Assembly (NCBI RefSeq): GCF_004010195.1
Contig: NC_057718.1
Coordinates: 85,091,136-85,155,135, forward strand
Source of the DNA: Chiloscyllium plagiosum
Taxonomy: Eukaryota
Length of the DNA: 64,000 nucleotides
Direction: 5' to 3'
Of the stretch, positions 28,018 through 41,345 are shown in pieces. Position 1 is the first letter of the stretch. The number at the start of each line of letters is the position of its first letter. A program made the translations under genes and the position numbers. Under the pieces are notes generated by a model, which was not told the origin of the DNA, made no database searches, and saw nothing but the letters and a program-made list of their open reading frames with translations.

Positions 28018-28340
28018 GGGGGTGGCATGGTGGCTCAATGGTTAGCACTGCTGCCTCACAACACCAGGGTCCCAGGTTCGATTCTAACCTCGGGCAACTG
28101 TCTGTGTGGAGTTTGCACATTCTCCCAGTGTCTGTGTGGGTTTCCTCCGGGTGCTCCGGTTTCCTCCCACAGTCCAAAGATGTGCAGGTTAGATGAATTG
28201 GCCATGCTAAATTGCCCATAGTGTTAGGTGCATTAGTCAGGGGTAAATGTAGGGGAATGAGTCTGGGTGGGTTGCTCTTCGGAGGGTCGGTGTGGACTTG
28301 TTGGGCCGAAGGGCCTGTTTCCACACTGTAGGGAATCTAA
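28018..28340 (+). mobile_element. HE1-type tRNA-derived V-SINE, full length
   Basis: tRNA-like head with A and B boxes, V-domain, tail gggccgaagggcctgtttccacactgtagggaatcta. Confidence 0.9.
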
Positions 28341-28974
28341 CATAATCTACATACAGAACAAGTGAAGTGAGCTTTTGGGAGAGTGCATACTGCTGCCACA
28401 TTATTTTATCTCAATATTTTTACAATTATACAGCTCTTCTTGGAGTCTTTCTTCCTTGCCTGGTTAATGCTCTGCAACTAAAAAGCTGAAAAAAGTAGAT
28501 TTTTTTATTTAGATCTTTTCATTTAGGTCTTTCATCTCAAAAGTCTTCAGGCAAAAACTACATTCAATAACCTGTTCTGAAAAAAAAATCTGCTCAGATT
28601 TTGAAAAATTTCACCACCTGCAGATGAGACAACCAACTACATTCTCAATAAAATTACCCACAACCTTCTTGGAAAAGAAATTAATTCATTCTATCCCGTC
28701 AAGTTAACGGATACTTTAAGAAATTCCAAGAACTAGATCTGCATCATCTTCAAAAACTAAACAGTTCTTTCTTGGGCCATAACCCATCCATACCAAGTTT
28801 TGCTGAAATCTATCCATTAGTTATGGAGATATATAGTTTAGAGAAAATTAGACTAACTAGGGCTTGTTTACTCTCATTCAGTGGCAGGGGTCTAAGAAAC
28901 ATATGGATATTCTTAATGTTATAGCGGATTTGTACTTTTGCTATTTTTGACTTAAATGAGAGTGAAAGCAACTA

Positions 28975-29158
28975 AAACAAAAACAGGAGATGCTGGAGAA
29001 ACTAGGTGTTTTAAATTCAGTGATCCTTCATCAAAACATTTGGATTCAAAACATTAGCTGTTTTTTCTCTCCAAAGATGCTACCAGAACTGCTGAGTTTC
29101 TCCAACACTTTATGCTTTGTTTCCAATTTCCAGTATCTGCAATTCTTTGTTTTAGTTT
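28975..29158. mobile_element. Old Penelope-derived palindromic remnant
   Basis: gatgctggagaaact ... gagtttctccaacac...ccagtatctgca, related to the other palindromes. Confidence 0.5.
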
Positions 29159-30654
29159 TAGTGAAACTAACTGAACTAAGGCCGACACATGCACCCGAAT
29201 TAAAAGCAGACAGATTCTGCAACAGTTGATTACCCATTTTAACAGATTAACAATCCTAGAAAGATGATGAAAATTTCTCACTTTATCGAGCCCACATACT
29301 TTTCCATTTCATGTCAGAGTAATATTTCTGACTCAAAAAAACATAGAACTGTTAAAATTGGTGAAAACTGGAATTACAGGCACAACATCAAATTCAAATG
29401 AAATCTCACCAAGATTTCTTTCACTCAATGTGCCAGCAGCACAAAGAGCAGTCATTTATTTACAGTTAATTAGCACTATTGCATTTATTAGATCAATTCC
29501 CTCACGTGGTCAGACACTTCAGCTTTGAAGCATCAAATTATGCCGTCAATACATGTAAAGAATTGACAAATACTTCAAAAAGAATGCTTCAGGATTATAT
29601 GCCCTTGAGTATAGAGGATTTAGAGGTGGTTTATTTAAGATCCTTAATAATAACTGAATGATTTAGGAACATAGGAATGGGAATAGGCCACTCATCCCAT
29701 TGGGACTACTATCCTATTCAATATGGTCATGGCTAATCAAGTATCTTTTACCCACCCCATATCCTTATAATCTTCTACAGCTCCGTGATAGCAAATTCCA
29801 AAGACTCACAACACACAGAGTAAACATATTTCTCTAAATCTCAGACCAAAGTTGCAAAGCCCCTATTCTTAAACTGTTCTCGTCCTGAAGTAGAGGAAAC
29901 CTGTGATTTGCCTCTATAACAAGACTTAGCTGTCCTTTTAAGCATTTTGTGTTTCAAAGCGATCCCTTTCAACCTTCAAACCTCTCGTGAATACAGGTTC
30001 AATTTGCCCAAGCTCTCTTTATAAAACAGTTCTGCCATTTCAGGAACACGTCTAGTGAACCTTTGATGCACTCCATCTCTGGCAAATAATATTTTCCTTA
30101 GATAAAGAAACCAAAGCTGCACACAGCATTCCAGGTGCAATTCCCAACCAAGCTCTTATACAATTAGAGGAAGGCTTCACTACTCCTGTACTTAAATCCT
30201 ATTGAAATAAAGACTAACATTCTATTAGCCTTCTCATACCTTGCTGCATCTGCATGTTAGCCTTCAGTGACTTTATTGTCAAGAATAAGTAGATCTTTTC
30301 ATACATCGACACTTTCCAATGTCTTACAACTTAAGAAATACCCTGCACATTTATCTTTTCTATCAAAATTGATCTCACATTTTTCCTCATATGGTATTCC
30401 ATCTGTCATGTTCCTGCCATTCTCTATGCCAGTCCTAAATCCTCCAAAAAGATATTTTACATCCTCCTCACAACACATTCATACATAGCTTTATACCATC
30501 AAATTTGTAAGGATTACACTTGGTCCTCATCTCCAAATGTTGTGAACAGTTAGGATCCAAGTACCAAATTCTGTGGTAATGTCAGCCTGTCAATACAATA
30601 GTCTATTTAGTTGTACTCGGTTTTCTGTCTGGTAGCCAATCATTAATCCACACC

Positions 30655-30746
30655 AGAGTCGAGAATTTGGTGCTGGAAAAGCACAAGTCAGGCAGCATCC
30701 AATGAGCAGGAGAATTGACGTTTCAGGCAAAAGCCCTTCATCAGGA
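30655..30746 (-). mobile_element. Short Penelope-derived insertion with an intact hammerhead core
   Basis: TSD attaatcca(c/t)acc; minus strand reads CTGATGA-A-GGGC-TTTT-GCCT-GAAA-CGTC. Confidence 0.75.
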
Positions 30747-32303
30747 ATTAATCCATACCCGTACATTACCTCCTATTCCCATGAGCTTTAATTTTTCTAA
30801 CCAGACTTCTGTGAGGGTTTTATGAAAAATCTTCTGAAAATCCGGGTATACTACATCCATTAGTTCTCCTTTACCAATTTCATCAGTAACATCTTCAAAA
30901 AAACTCAAACATTTTCAACAATTTCCCATTCACAAATCTATGCTGACTTTGCCCAGTCAGATCATTATCAATCAGGTCTTTATTTATCTTATCCTTTAGC
31001 ATGTCGCCTATTACTGAGTCAAGTCTAATAGGTTGGTGGTCCCGTTTTCTCTCTTCTTAAACAGTGGGGTGACATTCGCTATTTTTAATTCACAGAAATC
31101 ATTCTAGAACCTGTAGAGTTCTGGAAGATAATTACCAATGGATTAACTATCTCTATATCCACACCCTTCAACTCTCTGAATTGTAGATCATCATCAGGTT
31201 TGGGAGAATTTGGATCTTCATGACCCATTGATTTCTCCAGTTCGATATTTTTACTAATGCTAATTGCCTTCACTTCCCCATTCTCCCAATCCATTAGGAT
31301 TTCTAGTTCTGAAAGATTTCTGGTATCTTCCTTTGTGAAAACAGACAAAAAGTAATAATTTAGCTTCTCTGCCATTCCTCATTATAAATTCTCATGACTC
31401 TGTAATAAATCCAGATTCATTTTAGCCAAAGAATTCCTTCTGACATATCTATAGAAGCTTTTACAATCAGATTTGTTGTTTACTCAAATTTATGTTCCAT
31501 TCTCCCTTTCCTGATCAGTTTCTTGGTCCTCATCTGTTGTATTCTATCAACTGCCAAATTCTCAGAATTAGTTATTTCTTTAAATTTATAGTCCTTCTTG
31601 TTTAATCTTCTACAATCCTAAAGTTCTTTGTTAACCACAGTTGATTAACTTTTTTTTATTTTTGACCTTGAAAAAACGTATAGTTGGTCCAAGTGTAATG
31701 GATCTTTAAAGATTATCTGTTGCCTGTATGCGGGCATGCCTTTTAATGTATCATCCTAATCTACCTCAGCCAATATGTACCTCATGTCCCATATTCAAAT
31801 TAACACCCTTGCCTCAGAATGAACTACCTCAGTTTCAAACATAACAGAATTCTATCATATTGCAGTCACTCATCCCTAAAAAGTTTTTTACAACAAGATT
31901 GTTAATTAGCCTTGGTCATTACATAATACTTCATCAAAAATAAATGCCCTCTAGTTGGCTCCTCACCATACTGCTCTAGAAAACCATCCCTGACACCCTC
32001 CAGAAATTAGCCTTCCACAGCTTTAATGTTCAATTGGTTTATCCAGTCTATTTGCAGATTGAAGTCATCCATGGTAACTCTCTTAGCCACGATACATCCT
32101 CCTCTCATTTTTGATCAATACTATGCCTCACATTAACATACCTCTTCAATGGCTTTAAAAAAGAACTCCCAACAAATGGCTTCCACCCCTGCTGTTCCTT
32201 AGTTTCACACAAGCAGATTCCACACATTGCTCTTCCGATTTGAGACCTTTCCTTACTAACGTGTTGCTCCATCCTATGTTATCAATGCAACTGCACCATC
32301 TTG

Positions 32304-32368
32304 GGTCTAGATTAGAGTGGTGATGGAAAAGCACAGCAGTTCAGGCAGCATCCGAGGAGCAATTACCT
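32304..32368. mobile_element. Very short Penelope-derived insertion
   Basis: Family core ggaaaagcacagcagttcaggcagcatccgaggagc flanked by a perfect 15-bp duplication aactgcaccatcttg. Confidence 0.75.
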
Positions 32369-32847
32369 AACTGCACCATCTTGTCCACTCTTCTTGTTTC
32401 CTTTTTGTCTGTCCTTCCTAAATTCAAACATCCTTGAATATTCAGCTCCCAATCCCAGTCACCATGCAGTCATGTTTATGTAATGGCAATTAAGTTTACT
32501 CATGTATCCTCAATAGTGTCTTTAGGCCATCTATCTTGTTACAAATACTGCAAGTATTCAGGTATAGTGCCCTTAACTCTTTTTGTCATCATTCTGCTTT
32601 TGAAGCAAACTCAATATGCTGCTTTGTTCCTGGTCTTCTAGCCTCCATGGCAATTTTTCAGCTTCCTGTTACCAGCTTTATTTTCTTCCCATTTGGATTA
32701 CTTCTCAAGTTCTCATTACCTTGACAAGTTAGTTTAACAGTTTAATTTAATGGAGTGTATAAAGATGAACTATTTCCTCTCGTTCTCTCTCTAGTGGGAG
32801 AAGATGAGGCATAGCTTTAAAATTAGGGCTAGGTCTTTCAGTAATTA

Positions 32848-33058
32848 TGTTAGTGAAATAACTCCACAAAGGCCAGTATCCCGTCACCAAGTGCTCAGTA
32901 CCTTACACAGATTCAACTAACTCAAAGCTGGCCCCTAGAATGAACAGTACTCCTGACACTCTGTTTACATCTGTCAGCCAGGCTCCCAGGTTAACAGCCC
33001 CAATCAGGGGAATTATATTCAATGAGTCCACCTGGCTGACATTGTTCCAATCACAACA
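32848..33058. mobile_element. Short solo-LTR-like element
   Basis: TGTTAG...CACAACA termini interrupting a CR1 tail. Confidence 0.4.
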
Positions 33059-35117
33059 GTTAGGAAGAACTTTCTCAAATATAGATTTACAGATAAATTA
33101 CTGAGACAGATGTACAAAAATCACTGATAGGTGCAAGATCTATACAGTCACAACAATGGGAGACTTTACTATCTCAGTATTGAATATGGCAATGATTTTA
33201 CTGAGGGGGGGTCACACCTCAGAAATATGATCATAGCATCAGTGGTTATGGAAAGGGACAAGGTGTATTTTAAAACTAACAAAAGTGACAGGAGGAAATC
33301 CATAACTACCAACAAACGGGAGGAGAGTTAAAAGCCAAATACAACCAATGCTGAAGTTCTGAAATAAAAACAGAAATGATACCTGGTAGCAGTGGTGGAA
33401 AAAGAAGCATAATTAACATCAAGTACTAAGAAGAAGTCACATGTCCTTTAATTCTACTTCTTTTCCGATTGGTGCCAAAAGGACTGAAAGATGCAGGTTT
33501 AATGCTCTGGTGGTGTTTTTTTAAAAAAAACTGACAATCTCTTGGTCTACATAAGGACAGCCCAATCTATATCTGACATGGGTAAATGGTGCTTTGGCTC
33601 CAGTGAGTGAGTTTTTTTTTTGCTGAGGCAACAGAGGATGAGGTCAGTGCAGTTATGTCGAAATGAAAGACTTCTAAAGTAACACTTAATAGGCCTTTTC
33701 TTTCGCCAAACTGATGCCCATGGATAAGAAATATACACAACAAGAATACAAATTTGCCCAAGGGACAGATAGCAAACTGCTGTGGTGAATGACTTTTCTT
33801 CAGTCTACAATGGGAGTCCCGTGATGCTGTACCAGGACAACCATTTTTGATATACATGAATGACTTGGGTCTTTGGGTTACATATTACAATTCCAAAATT
33901 CCTGACAACATTAAACTTGTAAGGATAGCAAACATTAAGGAAGATTAGTAATGGGTTGGTGGAACAGATGGATACATAACAGATGAAATTCAACCCAGGT
34001 GATACATTTTGGAAGGAAGAATGGAAAGACACAATTGAAAGAGACTTGTAATGTGCAGTGGCAGTGCATATTGAGCCAGGAGACTCACATTCACATTCTA
34101 CCTGCTCCAGAGAGGCATCATAACACATCTGAAGAGATTGTTTGAAAATGGCTAGACTGTGCCTCCTTAAAATGAAAAATGGTCAAAAACTGAATTGAGG
34201 AGGCTTCTGTGGTGCAGAGGTCGTATCCGTACCCCTGGACCAAAAGACCTGGGTTCAATTCCCACCTACATCTCTGAACAGGTTGAAAAAATAGGTTGAT
34301 AAAAAAAAGGAAAAAAAAGACAATACAGACTACATGGCATCATTTTAAAAGGGATACTTCTGCACAAACCTTGCAAGTTGGTAGGACAGGATTGCAAAAC
34401 AGTTAAGTTCATGGAATCCTGTGTTTTATGAATAGAAGCATAGAGGAGAAAAGCAGGAAAGTTATGCTAAAACAACATCGGCTCAAATGTAGAGAGTCCA
34501 ATTCTTGGTTTCATACTTTAGGAAGAGCGTAAGACATTAGAGAAGGTACAGAATGATAGTTCTAGCTGCCAAGGCAAATGAATGTTGAATTTTTAGAAGG
34601 AAACATTCAGCAGGAGTGATTAATTGATTTAAGGACCTCAAATGTGAAACAAAAAGTGAAACAACAAAATTTATTTTGTGCAAAGTTTTGTAAACCTATT
34701 TTTTTCCCCCTTAAAATAGAGAACAAGGATTGTTCTTCCTCCGATGTACATACAGTGGGGACACCAGGAATTTTCAAATTCTGCTCGTCGCAGATAAAAT
34801 GAATATGTCCATGTCCCATAACTTTAAAAAAATTAAACAAAAAATGTTGGGTAAAATTGTTCCCTATTGCCTTCTCCATGGCAACACCTCAACCACAGTG
34901 GATTTGCCAACATATCAAAACCCCTTCCCGGCGGTTTTGATACTTCCCTATTTTGTGATGATACTATGGCTTTAAGAGGTGTATTTTGTCCTTTTTAAAA
35001 AGAGATATTTTAAGGTAGAGGCATGGAGCTGTCTATTGAAAGCCAATAAAGCAAACAGCTTGTGAGGCCTTTTTTTTTTTTTAAACCTGGAACAATAGGA
35101 GCAGCCTAAATGGGTGT

Positions 35118-35322
35118 GGAGAAAGTGAGGACTGCAGATGCTGGCGATCAGAGCTGAAAAATGTGTTGCTGGAAAAGCGCAGCAGGTCAGGCAGCATCAA
35201 AGGAGCAGGAGAATCGATGTTTCGGGCATACGCTTAAGAAGGGCTTATGCCAGAAACGGTCGATTCTCCTCCTCGTTTGATGCTGCCTGACCTGCTGCGC
35301 TTTTCCAGCAACACATCTTTCA
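35118..35322. mobile_element. Penelope-derived palindromic element
   Basis: About 80-bp inverted arms; TSD cagcctaaatgggt(g/a)t. Confidence 0.8.
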
Positions 35323-35714
35323 GCCTAAATGGGTATAGCAAGCTCCCTCAGGAGCAGTACTTTTAGTTTATCAGTAATTTTTGCTGGGGTCTTGAAGCTG
35401 GGTGGAAGCTGCAGTACATCGCTCCCTCTGAGTTTTCTCTGGATGTTTTCCTCCTGGACTGGAGAATATCTTGTGAGACAATCTATTTTTCTGAACTTAC
35501 CTTTGTCAAAGGATGAGATGTTACCATATTGGAGTAGTTACTGTTTGGCAGTTAAGTAATCTATTATTCTCTTAAGTTTTTCAATAGAGGCAAGTTATTC
35601 AGATTCCTCCTTTCTTTTGATGTATTTGAACTATAGTGTATGAATAAAATGTATTTTTCTTCAAATCCAGTAGCTTAATCAATCAAATTGCATCCGGAAT
35701 GCAACACCTTACAC

Positions 35715-36422
35715 TTAATGGACCAGGCCAGACCCCCAAAATATTTTAAGAAGGTAGCCTTCTTATTTCAAAAGCAGATGTGAAGTGGGTATTCAAGGTG
35801 TGATGTAACTGGTCAAACCACTCAGTTTTAAGCAGAACAGAATTTATTTAAACACTACAGTTGAAACACAAACAAAATAAAGTGGAATTTAGAATAACTT
35901 AACTATTGGAAAGCCTAGGCAAAAGTGAGGACTGCAGATGCTGGAGATTAGAGTCAAGATTAGAGTGGTGTTGAAGCTGGTTATCATCCCTGATGAAGGG
36001 CTTTTGCCCAAAATGTCGATTTTCCTGCTCCTTGGATACTGCCTGACCTACTGTGCTTTTCCAACACCACTCTATTGTATTGGAAAACTTAATTGACCCG
36101 ATACAGTGACTATTTCTAATTAACTATTCCAATACGGTAACATCCCATAAACACATCCTTTGGCAAAAAGGTAAATTCAAGCACCTCCTTCAGAGAGAGA
36201 TTTCACAGAAAGTCAAAGGAATCCTTTACTTAAGTTTGCCACTCTTGGACTCCAACATCTTGTGACTGCTCCAGCTAACAACCAACTAGAAAAACTGAAT
36301 TAGGAGAATGGCCACACCCTTTCCATTGTTAAACTAGACTCTTCGGTACCTCTGCCTTTACGACCTCTCTTCAAAACAAAAAAAAAGGACAAAATAATTC
36401 TCAATGTGTCAGTATTATCACA
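35715..36422 (-). mobile_element. Related solo LTR inserted in reverse orientation inside the first
   Basis: Both ends resemble the reverse complement of the outer LTR ends (aaaaaggacaaaata...agtattatcaca; atggaccaggccagacccc). Confidence 0.65.
35918..36077. mobile_element. Penelope-derived element with a degenerate hammerhead core
   Basis: CTGATGA-A-GGGC-TTTT-GCCC-aAAA-tGTC near 35990-36017; flanking duplication tattggaaa(g/a)c(c/t)ta. Confidence 0.75.
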
Positions 36423-37457
36423 ATTTACCTTTAAAATAAGAAAAAGTTAGGATCTGGACTATCTTTGTATTATATGGAGGGGTTTAGTCTGATCCATAAC
36501 AATTTGAAATTTGATACTCTTGGACTTTGCCTGATGAATGTAACATGAAAAGCTTCAACAGTACAAATTTTCAAAGACTATAAATAATGAGTATTTTATT
36601 TTTGATAAGCACCAGAATTGGCACATGCAATGCTGATCAGCCAGAACACTGCAACTGACTGGGTTATGTTTAAAAGAGTCACACTTCCAATCCAGTATTG
36701 TTTTCGTCTTTTATGGCACTAGTTGCTGCATGGTTAAGTTTAAAAACCATTGAGGAATGCTAGTGAATGCATTCCTTTGAATACTAGTGAACGCTGGGTG
36801 AATGGATCAGGTGGGTAAGTGGACAAGATGGTAGGTGGTAGTGGTTCTAGTGTTTCACTGTCATGGGCATAAGTGGGTTTGATTAGTTGAATAATCGGAT
36901 TGATGGCTAGGGAGGGAGTCAGTGCAGGGGTAGTTGGGCGGTTGCCGGTGAAGTTGCAAAGGTAGTAAGATGGTCAGTGGGTTACTAGATGGTCAGGGTT
37001 AGTTAGGTTGGGTTGCATGATTGAGGGGGACATGGCTGTAGGGTAGATCGGTGACAAGGGAGTCGAATAATTAAGTACTCAAGTTAACTCAAGGTTAGCC
37101 AGTCAGGTCAGGGCTGATCAGTTGTGTAGTTACCTAGATGTAGACTAGGTTTTAATTTGTCCAACACTTCCTTGTAACTTCCCAGGTATATACTATGGAA
37201 CTGCTTAAAATCTCCAATGCTAGCTCAGAGCTGGAGACCTCCACAATGGAACCCGAGAACAGAGGAACTGAGTACCATAAATTTAAGTTCCCACATGAGT
37301 GCACGTCAGGACTTCTGTATGGTCCTAACATGCATCTTCAATCATACCTCTGATGATCCAAAGACCTGATCTGCCCAACGATTTTTTAAGTTCAAAGATT
37401 CAAGGCACATATGGAGCAAAGGCATTAGTTGAGGTAGAGATCAGTCATAATCTAACT

Positions 37458-37835
37458 AAATGTAGGCAGGCAGGAGGCTGGAAGAACACAGCAAGCCAGG
37501 CAGCATTAGGTGGTGCAGAAGTTGACGTTCCAGGACGGGGGTGGGGGGAGTTACAGATAAAGGAGGCGGGAGCAGGGTGATGAAGAGGAGATAGCTGAAG
37601 ACAAGTAGAGGGTACGACTTGGCTGGGAGGGCTGTAGGGTGCCCAGGCGGAAGATAAGGAACAACACCTTATCTTTTGTCTGGGCACCCTATTGCCTGGA
37701 GGACTCAACATTGAGTTCTCCAATTTCAATTAACCTCCCTTCACAGTCCCTCTCCCTCCCTTCCACTGCTCCTTGCCACCAAACAGATTCATTCCCCCAC
37801 CGACTAATCAGCATACCCTCTACCTGTCAAGACCG
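37458..37835. mobile_element. Penelope-like element fragment with a GIY-YIG endonuclease C-terminus and an inverted segment
   Basis: Plus strand 37659-37733 translates EQHLIFCLGTLLPGGLNIEFSNFN*, matching the E..I..L.TL.P.GLN end of PLE endonucleases. Confidence 0.7.
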
Positions 37836-38289
37836 CTATGCTATTCATTTGATCATGGGCTTTAAATTCACTTTCCCAACGGTTCCCACACATCTCAAGA
37901 CACCAAAATGTCTGCCTGTTTCAGCCTTAAAAATATTCAATAAAGTCATATTCATAACCCTTCTGTGGTAGAAAATTTCAAGGCTTGTAACCTTTGAGTT
38001 AAGAAATTTCTACTTAGCTCTGAATGATCATACCTTTATCATAAGACTTGCCTTGGTTCGATTCCCTAGCTATTGCAAGTAACCCCTCAGTGTTGACCTT
38101 TTCAATGCCTTCAGAATCTCACATTGTTTTAATGAATTCACCTTCTTTTCCTCCAAATTGCGGAAAATATGGCTCCATTTACTTTGTTTCTCATCATAGC
38201 ATAACCCTCTCATTTTAGGCAATGGAAAACTGAAGAAAGCAAGGTAAAGTGAGGAACAGCATGCAAAATTGTCCAAAAATATTTCTTAC

Positions 38290-38436
38290 GTCCAAATGTT
38301 TCTGGTTGATTTCATAGATTATTTGCAGGTGTCTCGGCAGAAGACTTTCAAACATCTGAACTGGCCAGCGTTCTAGAGCCTCAGGTAGCACTGTGTGGTT
38401 GGTATAAGCACAGGTCCGTTTTGTTATATCCCAAGC
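38290..38436 (-). CDS. pygb: Glycogen phosphorylase exon 10 (147 nt)
   Basis: [49 protein letters not shown]; aag| acceptor, |gtaag donor. Confidence 0.96.
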
Positions 38437-40125
38437 CTTTTAAGAAACAGCCAAGAAAAAAAAACAGCACAAGATTCACTTGAGACACAATAACAGTACG
38501 AGAGTAATTTGTGACACAATATGTGACAAATACAAATGTTTTGGTGATTCAGGTAACTGTAGTTCTACGGTTCCCAAAGTTGACCACCACTAGGCTTTTT
38601 AAATCATTATGTCTAGGCCTGTTGTGGTCTAATTGATAATGATTGCTTGCTATGATTAGTCAAACAACCAGGATGGTAGAAGGCAAACCAATTGGACTAT
38701 ATGGGCTTTGGTCTTTGTTCACATTCAATGGTCTCATTTTAAATGGTACTTTAGGCAATCATTTAAATAGACCCCCGAACCAAGTAATCCAACTAAAAGT
38801 GAGTATTAATCGCATCTCAGAATTAGTTGGAAGCCATTAGCAGTTGATCACAAATGACAATGTGATACTGCCTCTGCAGTTAAGTTGCATTATTTTAGAA
38901 TCATTAATCGGGGTGTGTGCCTTACTTGTGTTAAGCAGCTGGTTTGAGGCCAGTGAAACCCACTTGGTTAACTAATGTTCTTTAGAGAAGGAAACCTGCT
39001 GTTCCTACGTACAGCAATGTGACTGACTTTTAACTGTCCACTCAAACAGCCTAGCAAGTCACTCAGTTGTACTAAACCATCACTCAACATGGACAGCAGC
39101 AGTTTAACATGAAAGATCACCATTTTTCAGGATAACAAGAAATGAACTATAAATGGCAACCTGTTCTGTAATCCTTGGGCCTGCAGAATGAACAAAAATT
39201 TGGAGAGAAATTTTGTAGATTAAAGACAGCCAACACTCAAACATGGGTTTAAATCTAAAATGTTTTCCTGATACATAGTACTGGATTGTTTTGTTTCCTC
39301 CTGTCTCAATTCAAATTGTTCCTGATGGACAATATGATACTGTGCTTCCTCAGTGTGCTGTTGACCTTTGCCCTCCTTGAACAAAAATAGATAAAACTGT
39401 TTGAAATTGTTATTTATGGCAGTTAAATTTTCAATTTCAGATTAATTTAAGCCTTCTGCTTTGAATGGCTGTTTTAAATTATTCAGTCTAAGCATGTCGG
39501 CAGACTGGCAAGGCCAGTATTTTCTGGTCACTCTTAGTGGACTTGATGAAGCTTTATAGTTTGGAATGGCTTGCTAGGGCACTTCAAAGGTCGTACCACA
39601 TCGGTATGGATTTGGAATTACACGTAGTAGACCAGGTAGAATGCAGGTTTCATTCCACAAAGAACACTTATGACCTAACTGTGCTATACTGACCAAATAC
39701 CAGCTGCTTAAGGCAAAGGCATAACAGAGTAAACCTCCCTGCTGTGGATGCAGGCAAAGCAGAAGGGCATCTGCCATAACAGACTGTGCAAAAGATATCC
39801 GGTGATAGACCAGGGCAGTCAGACTCGGTCCGAGAAGAAACCATTCACTTATATAAACTAAGTTTTGCTTTTAAGATTCCTATATAAATATAAAAGATCC
39901 TATGGAATGAACAGTCAACATTTCAAATCTGAATTAATCCTAGGAGTCATTATCTCGATGACGAAACTGGCTTTGGTTATCTGGTCTAATATATCTTTAT
40001 GTGGCTCAGTGCCCTCTTTCAAATTTTGACAGATAATATTCATGTCAAGAATCTTTTGAGTGTTGTACCATATTAAAGGAATTTATTTGAAAATGATAAA
40101 TGGAATTGACTGGTCAAACCCATAC

Positions 40126-40218
40126 CTTTTCCCAATCAAGCTTCTCGACATCTACTAGAATTCTCATCAGTTCAGGAATGGCAAGGGCAGGGTGGGTGTC
40201 ATTGAGCTGAATGGCAAC
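40126..40218 (-). CDS. pygb: Glycogen phosphorylase exon 9 (93 nt)
   Basis: [31 protein letters not shown]; cag| acceptor, |gtatg donor. Confidence 0.96.
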
Positions 40219-40569
40219 CTGTGAACAAAGGAACATCAACCTTAATACATCAAAAAGATTATCAGGCTTACTGAAAAATTGGGAAGAGTACAGAGACTGA
40301 GTAACAGCAACACATAGGTCATTAAAGCAACTTTCCAAGCTTGACTCCAGTTCTGTTCATAAACTGGACAACAGGATAAGAGTATTCATTCTTGCGATCG
40401 TAAGTTGAAAGCTTTATTTCCTCCACTTGTACGCAGGGAATTTTGTTATTAATCTGTGGCACAGTGGTAGGTAGCACTTGCCCCTCAGAGTCTAGAGGCT
40501 ATGGTTTCAAGATCTAAATCAGAGACATGAGAATCACCTGTGCTCACACACACTGAATTAGGAAGTGTA

Positions 40570-41345
40570 GTGATCAATTTTGCCAAGACGAATGAGGAGA
40601 GGGGATTCAAAAAAGGTACAACTCCAGCGGGGGTGCAGAAGTAGAAGGACCTATGGATATATGTGCACCAACTATTGAAGGTGTTCAGACAGATTCAGAA
40701 AGTTGTTAATAAAATATACAAGATCCTGGGCTTTATATGTATAAACAGTAAAGTATAGGAGTTGGGGAGTCATGTTGAGGTTGTACAGGACATTGGTGAG
40801 GCCTCTTCTGGAATACTGTGTCCAGTTCTAATTGTCCTGTTATGGATAGGATATTATTAAACTAGAAAGGGTTCAGAAAAGACTTACTTGGATGATGCCA
40901 GGTATGAAAGCTTTAACTTACGAAGAAAGGCTGGATAGGTTGGGACTCTTCTTTTCCACTGGTGTGCAGGAGCTTGAGAGGTGACTTTAGAGGTTTATAA
41001 AATCACCAGGGATATAGATAGGGTCAATGTATTTGTCTTTTCCCTAGGATGGGGATTTCAAAACTAGAGGGCATATTTTTAAGATGAGAGGAGACAGATT
41101 TAAATAGAAAAGGGAGGCCAATTTTTTTTAAAACACAGAGGGTGGTTTGTGTGTAGAATGACCCTCCTGAGGAAGTGTTGGATGAGGGTAGCTACAACAT
41201 TTCAAAAAAAGACACTTTGCTAAGTACATGAATAGGAAAGGAGTGGCGGGATGGGGACCAAGAACAGGCAATTGGGACTAGTTAAGTTTGAGATTATGAT
41301 CGGCATAAACTGGTTGGACCAAAGGGTCTGTTTCCGTGCTATGTA
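40570..41345 (+). mobile_element. CR1 LINE 3' fragment(s)
   Basis: LYRTLVRPLLEYCVQF and the usual CR1 tail. Confidence 0.85.

Larger units (their letters stand above)
29665..32745 (-). mobile_element. Long degraded CR1 LINE with two nested Penelope-derived insertions
   Basis: MAEKLNYYFLSVFTKED...SPKPD...PLVIIFQNS ORF2 motif and further RT remnants; 3' tail near 29665. Confidence 0.75.
34954..36501 (+). mobile_element. Solo LTR (Gypsy/ERV-like) interrupted by nested insertions
   Basis: TGTGATG...CATAACA termini, 4-bp TSD attt on both sides, internal AATAAA. Confidence 0.7.

Noticed and set aside
28018..28095. tRNA-like sequence with A and B boxes
   Set aside because: It is the head of an HE1-type SINE, continuous with the V-domain, not a tRNA gene.
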